Source: Trypanosoma brucei (taxonomy: Eukaryota). From it: a stretch of 64,000 bases of DNA. Positions 1 to 12,000 of this stretch are shown piece after piece (position 1 is the first letter of the stretch; each line of letters starts with the position of its first letter). The DNA lies in the NCBI GenBank assembly GCA_000002445.1, contig CH464491.1, positions 288,001 through 352,000 on the forward strand, written 5' to 3'. The translations under genes and the position numbers were made by a program. The notes beneath the pieces were generated by a model. The model had not been told where the DNA came from and searched no databases. It saw nothing but the letters and a program-made list of their open reading frames with translations.

Positions 1-3000
1 AAGCAGCAATGAACGAGCATTCACATGAGCTTGCTAAACTGAAAGCATCCGATAGCCGCAGCTTCCTTGATCCTATGCCAGAAGGAGTGCCGTTGAGTGA
101 GCTTGAATTGGATAAGGATGAGAAGTTCAGCACCATGGAAGAGGAGCGTCGTAAGCTTATTGCTGAGGATCGTGAAGGTAATGCTGCACGCATTGCTGAA
201 TTAGAAGCAGCAATGAACGAGCATTCACATGAGCTTGCTAAACTGAAAGCATCCGATAGCCGCAGCTTCCTTGATCCTATGCCAGAAGGAGTGCCGTTGA
301 GTGAGCTTGAATTGGATAAGGATGAGAAGTTCAGCACCATGGAAGAGGAGCGTCGTAAGCTTATTGCTGAGGATCGTGAAGGTAATGCTGCACGCATTGC
401 TGAATTAGAAGCAGCAATGAACGAGCATTCACATGAGCTTGCTAAACTGAAAGCATCCGATAGCCGCAGCTTCCTTGATCCTATGCCAGAAGGAGTGCCG
501 TTGAGTGAGCTTGAATTGGATAAGGATGAGAAGTTCAGCACCATGGAAGAGGAGCGTCGTAAGCTTATTGCTGAGGATCGTGAAGGTAATGCTGCACGCG
601 TTGCTGAACTAGAAGCTGCAATGAACGAGCATTCACATGAGCTTGCTAAACTGAAAGCATCCGATAGCCGCAGCTTCCTTGATCCTATGCCAGAAGGAGT
701 GCCGTTGAGTGAGCTAGGATTGGATAAGGATGAGAAGTTCAGCACCATGGAAGAGGAGCGTCGTAAGCTTATTGCTGAGGATCGTGAAGGTAATGCTGCA
801 CGCATTGCTGAACTAGAAGCAGCAATGAACGAGTATTCACATGAGCTTGCTAAACTGAAAGCATCCGATAGCCGCAGCTTCCTTGATCCTATGCCAGAAG
901 GAGTGCCGTTGAGTGAGCTAGGATTGGATAAGGATGAGAAGTTCAGCACCATGGAAGAGGAGCGTCGTAAGCTTATTGCTGAGGATCGTGAAGGTAATGC
1001 TGCACGCATTGCTGAATTAGAAGCAGCAATGAACGAGCATTCACATGAGCTTGCTAAACTGAAAGCATCCGATAGCCGCAGCTTCCTTGATCCTATGCCA
1101 GAAGGAGTGCCGTTGAGTGAGCTTGAATTGGATAAGGATGAGAAGTTCAGCACCATGGAAGAGGAGCGTCGTAAGCTTATTGCTGAGGATCGTGAAGGTA
1201 ATGCTGCACGCATTGCTGAATTAGAAGTTGCAATGAACGAGCATTCACATGAGCTTGCTAAACTGAAAGCATCCGATAGCCGCAGCTTCCTTGATCCTAT
1301 GCCAGAAGGAGTGCCGTTGAGTGAGCTTGAATTGGATAAGGATGAGAAGTTCAGCACCATGGAAGAGGAGCGTCGTAAGCTTATTGCTGAGGATCGTGAA
1401 GGTAATGCTGCACGCATTGCTGAACTAGAAGCAGCAATGAACGAGCATTCACATGAGCTTGCTAAACTGAAAGCATCCGATAGCCGCAGCTTCCTTGATC
1501 CTATGCCAGAAGGAGTGCCGTTGAGTGAGCTTGAATTGGATAAGGATGAGAAGTTCAGCACCATGGAAGAGGAGCGTCGTAAGCTTATTGCTGAGGATCG
1601 TGAAGGTAATGCTGCACGCATTGCTGAACTAGAAGCTGCAATGAACGAGCATTCACATGAGCTTGCTAAACTGAAAGCATCCGATAGCCGCAGCTTCCTT
1701 GATCCTATGCCAGAAGGAGTGCCGTTGAGTGAGCTAGGATTGGATAAGGATGAGAAGTTCAGCACCATGGAAGAGGAGCGTCGTAAGCTTATTGCTGAGG
1801 ATCGTGAAGGTAATGCTGCACGCATTGCTGAATTAGAAGCAGCGATGAACGAGTATTCACATGAGCTTGCTAAACTGAAAGCATCCGATAGCCGCAGCTT
1901 CCTTGATCCTATGCCAGAAGGAGTGCCACTAAATGAGCTTGAATTGGACAAGGATGAGAAGTTCAGCACCATGGAAGAGGAGCGTCGTAAGCTTATTGCT
2001 GAGGATCGTGAAGGTAATGCTGCACGCATTGCTGAACTAGAAGCAGCAATGAACGAGTATTCACATGAGCTTGCTAAACTGAAAGCATCCGATAGCCGCA
2101 GCTTCCTTGATCCTATGCCAGAAGGAGTGCCACTAAATGAGCTTGAATTGGACAAGGATGAGAAGTTCAGCACCATGGAAGAGGAGCGTCGTAAGCTTAT
2201 TGCCGAGGATCGTGAAGGTAATGCTGCACGCATTGCTGAACTAGAAGCTGCAATGAACGAGCATTCACATGAGCTTGCTAAACTGAAAGCATCCGATAGC
2301 CGCAGCTTCCTTGATCCTATGCCAGAAGGAGTGCCGTTGAGTGAGCTTGAATTGGACAAGGATGAGAAGTTCAGCACCATGGAAGAGGAGCGTCGTAAGC
2401 TTATTGCTGAGGATCGTGAAGGTAATGCTGCACGCATTGCTGAATTAGAAGCAGCAATGAACGAGCATTCACATGAGCTTGCTAAACTGAAAGCATCCGA
2501 TAGCCGCAGCTTCCTTGATCCTATGCCAGAAGGAGTGCCGCTAAGTGAGCTTGAATTGGATAAGGATGAGAAGTTCAGCACCATGGAAGAGGAGCGTCGT
2601 AAGCTTATTGCTGAGGATCGTGAAGGTAATGCTGCACGCATTGCTGAACTAGAAGCAGCAATGAACGAGCATTCACATGAGCTTGCTAAACTGAAAGCAT
2701 CCGATAGCCGCAGCTTCCTTGATCCTATGCCAGAAGGAGTGCCGTTGAGTGAGCTAGGATTGGATAAGGATGAGAAGTTCAGCACCATGGAAGAGGAGCG
2801 TCGTAAGCTTATTGCTGAGGATCGTGAAGGTAATGCTGCACGCATTGCTGAATTAGAAGCAGCAATGAACGAGCATTCACATGAGCTTGCTAAACTGAAA
2901 GCATCCGATAGCCGCAGCTTCCTTGATCCTATGCCAGAAGGAGTGCCGTTGAGTGAGCTAGGATTGGATAAGGATGAGAAGTTCAGCACCATGGAAGAGG

Positions 3001-6000
3001 AGCGTCGTAAGCTTATTGCTGAGGATCGTGAAGGTAATGCTGCACGCATTGCTGAATTAGAAGCAGCAATGAACGAGCATTCACATGAGCTTGCTAAACT
3101 GAAAGCATCCGATAGCCGCAGCTTCCTTGATCCTATGCCAGAAGGAGTGCCGTTGAGTGAGCTTGAATTGGATAAGGATGAGAAGTTCAGCACCATGGAA
3201 GAGGAGCGTCGTAAGCTTATTGCTGAGGATCGTGAAGGTAATGCTGCACGCATTGCTGAATTAGAAGCAGCAATGAACGAGCATTCACATGAGCTTGCTA
3301 AACTGAAAGCATCCGATAGCCGCAGCTTCCTTGATCCTATGCCAGAAGGAGTGCCGTTGAGTGAGCTTGAATTGGATAAGGATGAGAAGTTCAGCACCAT
3401 GGAAGAGGAGCGTCGTAAGCTTATTGCTGAGGATCGTGAAGGTAATGCTGCACGCATTGCTGAACTAGAAGCAGCAATGAACGAGTATTCACATGAGCTT
3501 GCTAAACTGAAAGCATCCGATAGCCGCAGCTTCCTTGATCCTATGCCAGAAGGAGTGCCGTTGAGTGAGCTTGAATTGGATAAGGATGAGAAGTTCAGCA
3601 CCATGGAAGAGGAGCGTCGTAAGCTTATTGCTGAGGATCGTGAAGGTAATGCTGCACGCATTGCTGAATTAGAAGCAGCAATGAACGAGCATTCACATGA
3701 GCTTGCTAAACTGAAAGCATCCGATAGCCGCAGCTTCCTTGATCCTATGCCAGAAGGAGTGCCGTTGAGTGAGCTTGAATTGGACAAGGATGAGAAGTTC
3801 AGCACCATGGAAGAGGAGCGTCGTAAGCTTATTGCTGAGGATCGTGAAGGTAATGCTGCACGCATTGCTGAATTAGAAGCAGCAATGAACGAGCATTCAC
3901 ATGAGCTTGCTAAACTGAAAGCATCCGATAGCCGCAGCTTCCTTGATCCTATGCCAGAAGGAGTGCCGTTGAGTGAGCTTGAATTGGATAAGGATGAGAA
4001 GTTCAGCACCATGGAAGAGGAGCGTCGTAAGCTTATTGCTGAGGATCGTGAAGGTAATGCTGCACGCATTGCTGAACTAGAAGCAGCAATGAACGAGTAT
4101 TCACATGAGCTTGCTAAACTGAAAGCATCCGATAGCCGCAGCTTCCTTGATCCTATGCCAGAAGGAGTGCCGTTGAGTGAGCTTGAATTGGATAAGGATG
4201 AGAAGTTCAGCACCATGGAAGAGGAGCGTCGTAAGCTTATTGCTGAGGATCGTGAAGGTAATGCTGCACGCATTGCTGAATTAGAAGCAGCAATGAACGA
4301 GCATTCACATGAGCTTGCTAAACTGAAAGCATCCGATAGCCGCAGCTTCCTTGATCCTATGCCAGAAGGAGTGCCGTTGAGTGAGCTTGAATTGGATAAG
4401 GATGAGAAGTTCAGCACCATGGAAGAGGAGCGTCGTAAGCTTATTGCTGAGGATCGTGAAGGTAATGCTGCACGCATTGCTGAACTAGAAGCTGCAATGA
4501 ACGAGCATTCACATGAGCTTGCTAAACTGAAAGCATCCGATAGCCGCAGCTTCCTTGATCCTATGCCAGAAGGAGTGCCGTTGAGTGAGCTTGAATTGGA
4601 CAAGGATGAGAAGTTCAGCACCATGGAAGAGGAGCGTCGTAAGCTTATTGCTGAGGATCGTGAAGGTAATGCTGCACGCATTGCTGAACTAGAAGCTGCA
4701 ATGAACGAGCATTCACATGAGCTTGCTAAACTGAAAGCATCCGATAGCCGCAGCTTCCTTGATCCTATGCCAGAAGGAGTGCCGTTGAGTGAGCTAGGAT
4801 TGGATAAGGATGAGAAGTTCAGCACCATGGAAGAGGAGCGTCGTAAGCTTATTGCTGAGGATCGTGAAGGTAATGCTGCACGCATTGCTGAATTAGAAGC
4901 AGCGATGAACGAGTATTCACATGAGCTTGCTAAACTGAAAGCATCCGATAGCCGCAGCTTCCTTGATCCTATGCCAGAAGGAGTGCCGTTGAGTGAGCTT
5001 GAATTGGACAAGGATGAGAAGTTCAGCACCATGGAAGAGGAGCGTCGTAAGCTTATTGCCGAGGATCGTGAAGGTAATGCTGCACGCATTGCTGAACTAG
5101 AAGCTGCAATGAACGAGCATTCACATGAGCTTGCTAAACTGAAAGCATCCGATAGCCGCAGCTTCCTTGATCCTATGCCAGAAGGAGTGCCGTTGAGTGA
5201 GCTTGGATTGGATAAGGATGAGAAGTTCAGCACCATGGAAGAGGAGCGTCGTAAGCTTATTGCTGAGGATCGTGAAGGTAATGCTGCACGCATTGCTGAA
5301 CTAGAAGCAGCGATGAACGAGCATTCACATGAGCTTGCTAAACTGAAAGCATCCGATAGCCGCAGCTTCCTTGATCCTATGCCAGAAGGAGTGCCACTAA
5401 GTGAGCTAGGATTGGATAAGGATGAGAAGTTCAGCACCATGGAAGAGGAGCGTCGTAAGCTTATTGCTGAGGATCGTGAAGGTAATGCTGCACGCATTGC
5501 TGAACTAGAAGCAGCGATGAACGAGCATTCACATGAGCTTGCTAAACTGAAAGCGTCATATAGCCGCAGCTTCCTTGATCCTATGCCAGAAGGAGTGCCG
5601 TTGAGTGAGCTTGAATTGGATAAGGATGAGAAGTTCAGCACCATGGAAGAGGAGCGTCGTAAGCTTATTGCTGAGGATCGTGAAGGTAATGCAACACGCA
5701 TTGCTGAATTAGAAGCAGCAATGAACGAGCATTCACATGAGCTTGCTAAACTGAAAGCATCCGATAGCCGCAGCTTCCTTGATCCTATGCCAGAAGGAGT
5801 GCCGTTGAGTGAGCTTGAATTGGATAAGGATGAGAAGTTCAGCACCATGGAAGAGGAGCGTCGTAAGCTTATTGCTGAGGATCGTGAAGGTAATGCTGCA
5901 CGCATTGCTGAACTAGAAGCAGCGATGAACGAGCATTCACATGAGCTTGCTAAACTGAAAGCATCCGATAGCCGCAGCTTCCTTGATCCTATGCCAGAAG

Positions 6001-9000
6001 GAGTGCCGTTGAGTGAGCTTGAATTGGATAAGGATGAGAAGTTCAGCACCATGGAAGAGGAGCGTCGTAAGCTTATTGCTGAGGATCGTGAAGGTAATGC
6101 TGCACGCATTGCTGAACTAGAAGCAGCAATGAACGAGCATTCACATGAGCTTGCTAAACTGAAAGCATCCGATAGCCGCAGCTTCCTTGATCCTATGCCA
6201 GAAGGAGTGCCGTTGAGTGAGCTAGGATTGGATAAGGATGAGAAGTTCAGCACCATGGAAGAGGAGCGTCGTAAGCTTATTGCTGAGGATCGTGAAGGTA
6301 ATGCAACACGCATTGCTGAACTAGAAGCAGCAATGAACGAGCATTCACATGAGCTTGCTAAACTGAAAGCGTCATATAGCCGCAGCTTCCTTGATCCTAT
6401 GCCAGAAGGAGTGCCGTTGAGTGAGCTTGAATTGGACAAGGATGAGAAGTTCAGCACCATGGAAGAGGAGCGTCGTAAGCTTATTGCTGAGGATCGTGAA
6501 GGTAATGCAACACGTATCGCTGAATTAGAAGTTGCAATGAACGAGCATTCACATGAGCTTGCTAAACTGAAAGCATCCGATAGCCGCAGCTTCCTTGATC
6601 CTATGCCAGAAGGAGTGCCACTAAGTGAGCTTGAATTGGATAAGGATGAGAAGTTCAGCACCATGGAAGAGGAGCGTCGTAAGCTTATTGCCGATGATCG
6701 TGAAGGTAATGCTGCACGCATTGCTAGACTTGAGGAGAGGATGAACGAACTTTCCCGTGAACTCGCAAGAATGAAGTTGAAGGATCGCAGCTTCCTCGAT
6801 CCTATGCCAGAAGGAGTGCCGTTGAGTGAGCTTGAATTGGATAAGGATGAGAAGTTCAGCACCATGGAAGAGGAGCGTCGTAAGCTTATTGCTGAGGATC
6901 GTGAAGGTAATGCAACACGCATTGCTGAATTAGAAGCAGCAATGAACGAGCATTCACATGAGCTTGCTAAACTGAAAGCATCCGATAGCCGCAGCTTCCT
7001 TGATCCTATGCCAGAAGGAGTGCCACTAAGTGAGCTTGAATTGGATAAGGATGAGAAGTTCAGCACCATGGAAGAGGAGCGTCGTAAGCTTATTGCCGAT
7101 GATCGTGAAGGTAATGCTGCACGCATTGCTAGACTCGAGGAGAGGATGAACGAACTTTCCCGTGAACTCGCAAGAATGAAGTTGAAGGATCGCAGCTTCC
7201 TCGATCCTATGCCAGAAGGAGTGCCACTAAGTGAGCTTGAATTGGATAAGGATGAGAAGTTCAGCACCATGGAAGAGGAGCGTCGTAAGCTTATTGCTGA
7301 GGATCGTGAAGGTAATGCAACACGCATTGCTGAATTAGAAGTTGCAATGAACGAGCATTCACATGAGCTTGCTAAACTGAAAGCATCCGATAGCCGCAGC
7401 TTCCTTGATCCTATGCCAGAAGGAGTGCCGTTGAGTGAGCTTGAATTGGATAAGGATGAGAAGTTCAGCACCATGGAAGAGGAGCGTCGTAAGCTTATTG
7501 CTGAGGATCGTGAAGGTAATGCAACACGCATTGCTGAATTAGAAGTTGCAATGAACGAGCATTCACATGAGCTTGCTAAACTGAAAGCATCCGATAGCCG
7601 CAGCTTCCTTGATCCTATGCCAGAAGGAGTGCCGTTGAGTGAGCTTGAATTGGACAAGGATGAGAAGTTCAGCACCATGGAAGAGGAGCGTCGTAAGCTT
7701 ATTGCTGAGGATCGTGAAGGTAATGCAACACGCATTGCTGAATTAGAAGCAGCAATGAACGAGCATTCACATGAGCTTGCTAAACTGAAAGCATCCGATA
7801 GCCGCAGCTTCCTTGATCCTATGCCAGAAGGAGTGCCGTTGAGTGAGCTTGAATTGGATAAGGATGAGAAGTTCAGCACCATGGAAGAGGAGCGTCGTAA
7901 GCTTATTGCTGAGGATCGTGAAGGTAATGCAACACGCATTGCTGAATTAGAAGCAGCAATGAACGAGCATTCACATGAGCTTGCTAAACTGAAAGCATCC
8001 GATAGCCGCAGCTTCCTTGATCCTATGCCAGAAGGAGTGCCGTTGAGTGAGCTAGGATTGGATAAGGATGAGAAGTTCAGCACCATGGAAGAGGAGCGTC
8101 GTAAGCTTATTGCTGAGGATCGTGAAGGTAATGCAACACGCATTGCTGAACTAGAAGCAGCAATGAACGAGCATTCACATGAGCTTGCTAAACTGAAAGC
8201 ATCCGATAGCCGCAGCTTCCTTGATCCTATGCCAGAAGGAGTGCCGTTGAGTGAGCTTGAATTGGATAAGGATGAGAAGTTCAGCACCATGGAAGAGGAG
8301 CGTCGTAAGCTTATTGCTGAGGATCGTGAAGGTAATGCTGCACGCATTGCTGAACTAGAAGCTGCAATGAACGAGCATTCACATGAGCTTGCTAAACTGA
8401 AAGCATCCGATAGCCGCAGCTTCCTTGATCCTATGCCAGAAGGAGTGCCGTTGAGTGAGCTTGAATTGGATAAGGATGAGAAGTTCAGCACCATGGAAGA
8501 GGAGCGTCGTAAGCTTATTGCTGAGGATCGTGAAGGTAATGCTGCACGCATTGCTGAATTAGAAGCAGCAATGAAGGAGAATTNNNNNNNNNNNNNNNNN
8601 NNNNNNNNNNNNNNNNNNNNNNNNNNNNNNNNNNNNNNNNNNNNNNNNNNNNNNNNNNNNNNNNNNNNNNNNNNNNNNNNNNNTAAGCTTATTGCTGAGG
8701 ATCGTGAAGGTAATGCTGCACGCATTGCTGAATTAGAAGCAGCAATGAACGAGCATTCACATGAGCTTGCTAAACTGAAAGCATCCGATAGCCGCAGCTT
8801 CCTTGATCCTATGCCAGAAGGAGTGCCACTAAGTGAGCTTGAATTGGACAAGGATGAGAAGTTCAGCACCATGGAAGAGGAGCGTCGTAAGCTTATTGCT
8901 GAGGATCGTGAAGGTAATGCAACACGCATTGCTGAATTAGAAGCAGCAATGAACGAGCATTCACATGAGCTTGCTAAACTGAAAGCATCCGATAGCCGCA

Positions 9001-12000
9001 GCTTCCTTGATCCTATGCCAGAAGGAGTGCCGTTGAGTGAGCTTGAATTGGATAAGGATGAGAAGTTCAGCACCATGGAAGAGGAGCGTCGTAAGCTTAT
9101 TGCTGAGGATCGTGAAGGTAATGCTGCACGCATTGCTGAATTAGAAGTTGCAATGAACGAGCATTCACATGAGCTTGCTAAACTGAAAGCATCCGATAGC
9201 CGCAGCTTCCTTGATCCTATGCCAGAAGGAGTGCCGTTGAGTGAGCTTGAATTGGATAAGGATGAGAAGTTCAGCACCATGGAAGAGGAGCGCCGTAAGC
9301 TTATTGCTGAGGATCGTGAAGGTAATGCAACACGCATTGCTGAATTAGAAGTTGCAATGAACGAGCATTCACATGAGCTTGCTAAACTGAAAGCATCCGA
9401 TAGCCGCAGCTTCCTTGATCCTATGCCAGAAGGAGTGCCACTAAGTGAGCTAGGATTGGACAAGGATGAGAAGTTCAGCACCATGGAAGAGGAGCGCCGT
9501 AAGCTCATTGCTGAGGATCGTGAAGGTAATGCAACACGCATCGCTGAATTAGAAGTTGCAATGAACGAGTATTCACATGAGCTTGCTAAACTGAAAGCAT
9601 CCGATAGCCGCAGCTTCCTTGATCCTATGCCAGAAGGAGTGCCACTAAGTGAGCTTGAATTGGACAAGGATGAGAAGTTCAGCACCATGGAAGAGGAGCG
9701 TCGTAAGCTCATTGCTGAGGATCGTGAAGGTAATGCAACACGCATTTGTCGCTTGGAAAGGAAAATGGGGAGGCGTGTTGATAAGCTGGCTAAACTGAAA
9801 GCGTCATATAGCCGCAGCTTCCTTGATCCTATGCCAGAAGGAGTGCCACTAAATGAGCTTGAATTGGATAAGGATGAGAAGTTCAGCACCATGGAAGAGG
9901 AGCGTCGTAAGCTCATTGCTGAGGATCGTGAAGGTAATGCAACACGCATTGCTGAATTAGAAGTTGCAATGAACGAGCATTCACATGAGCTTGCTAAACT
10001 GAAAGCATCCGATAGCCGCAGCTTCCTTGATCCTATGCCAGAAGGAGTGCCACTAAGTGAGCTTGAATTGGATAAGGATGAGAAGTTCAGCACCATGGAA
10101 GAGGAGCGTCGTAAGCTTATTGCTGAGGATCGTGAAGGTAATGCAACACGCATTGCTGAATTAGAAGAGTGTATGAGTGCTCGAGTTCGGAATTTGGCTA
10201 TTTGTAAGTCTACTTTAGGTGGAGTGATTGTTGATGAGAGAATTGGTCTTGTTCCTTTGTATTTGTTACCGTTGGGGGAGGATTCGGTTTTGAGTTCGTT
10301 GACTTCTAAATTGGAATCTATGCGATGTGGTGGGTGTTTACCCGATAGTGTTGCTGTGCGTGATATCCAAGAACAAATTATATGTCGAGTAGAGAAATTG
10401 GCAGAAGTGTATTTAGAACATGAACTTGATTTTCTGGAAACTGTTGACGGAATTTCTGTTTCTCAGATCGCACTTTCTGATGACAAGGTGTTTTGTGAAA
10501 TGCAGCGGTCGTTGCGCCAGTTGAGAAAAAGTCCGGTAAGAAATGCAGAAGCCATACGGGATATTGAGTATGCGATGAATAATATCGTTCGTGAACTGTC
10601 GTCAAAACTATTACTGGAGGATTGTAGTTACCTGAATCAGTGTCCTCACGGCGTACCTCTTGCTGACTTACCGCTGGATAATCGGTTATTTCGCGAGATT
10701 GAATTGAAGAGAAGAAGATTAAAAGAGGATGACCCGTTAAAAAATGCGACGAGGATTAGAGAGTTGGAGATGAAATTGAATGATCATGCCGAGCGTTTGG
10801 CCGCGCTTATGTTAAGTGAGGAACGTGCTTTTCTTGAGCCATGCTCGCACGGTCTTCCCCTTAGTCGCCTTCAGTTGGGAGAGGATTCTTCCTTTCTTGC
10901 AATGGAAAGGGAAAGAAGGAAGTTATTGCGTGAAGGGGGTAAAGACAAAAACCGTATCAGGTATCTCGAAGAATGCATGAGGGAACATGTCAGCAATGTC
11001 GCCCTCTCTCTAATTTCCTGGCAGGATGTTCAATTTCATGAAGCTAACCATTCTGTAGCGGAGATGTGGCCGCGAATCGGTGAGTTGTACCCTGAAGGAA
11101 TCCGAAACTCTGTGTTTCCGGAAATAACACAGCCGGGCGATACTTCATCTGCGCCTGGTGAACTTGGCTATTTAGCACCTTTCATTGCCGCTCTCAGTCA
11201 ACACCCGCCTCTAATTCATCGGCTTCTGGAAACGAAAACACATCCCGTTAATGGTCCATATTCTTTCATCTTTTTTGATCCGAACAGCAACCCTGTTCGT
11301 GTTGACATTGATGACCGTGTGCCAGTGGATGCGAAGTGTGAGCCCAAGTTTACACGCGTGCCACACCGGTCTTGGTACCCGCTGCTGCTGGAGAAGGCAT
11401 ATGCGAAGTTTGTTGGTGGGTACGCAAAGCTCGACCAGTGCACACCACACGAAACCCTCCATGACCTAACGGGCCGTCCAGTGACACATATCCCTTTTGA
11501 TGAGAAGCGAGCAGATGGAATCAAAATTGGGGACTTCCGATCTGTGAAATTCTGGAAGGGGATTAAAAGGGATCTTGCGGCTGGAGATGTTATTATGGCA
11601 ATGACGAACGGTAGTGTTCCCGACGGCCTTCACTCTCAATGTAGTTACGCTCTCCTTAGTGTAATCGAAACTGTGCATGAATCGAATGATGTCTCTGACA
11701 TCGTGATCAAATTACACAACTGCTACTACGATAGCCCGACATACGACGGCCCACTGTGTAACGATGATGATAACTGGACCGATGGTTTGAAGAGACTTTG
11801 CCATTATAATCCTGAGGAGGATGCACTTTACATACCTGTTCCTGTGTTTCTGCGTAACTTCTCGAGCATGCAGCGCTGTCACATAAACTGTGGCGACCGT
11901 CTGACTGCGCCTGGTGAGTGGACTGGGGTAAGCTGTGGAGGAAACCCGAAGTTCACAACTTTCCGGAACAACCCCATCTATCTTGTGGAAAACAAAACCT

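Noticed and set aside
9-10172. Possibility that the regular 204-bp array is a CRISPR-like or satellite non-coding repeat
   Set aside because: There are no spacers, the unit is far longer than CRISPR repeats, and the array is a single uninterrupted reading frame with protein-like composition. It is eukaryotic coding minisatellite.
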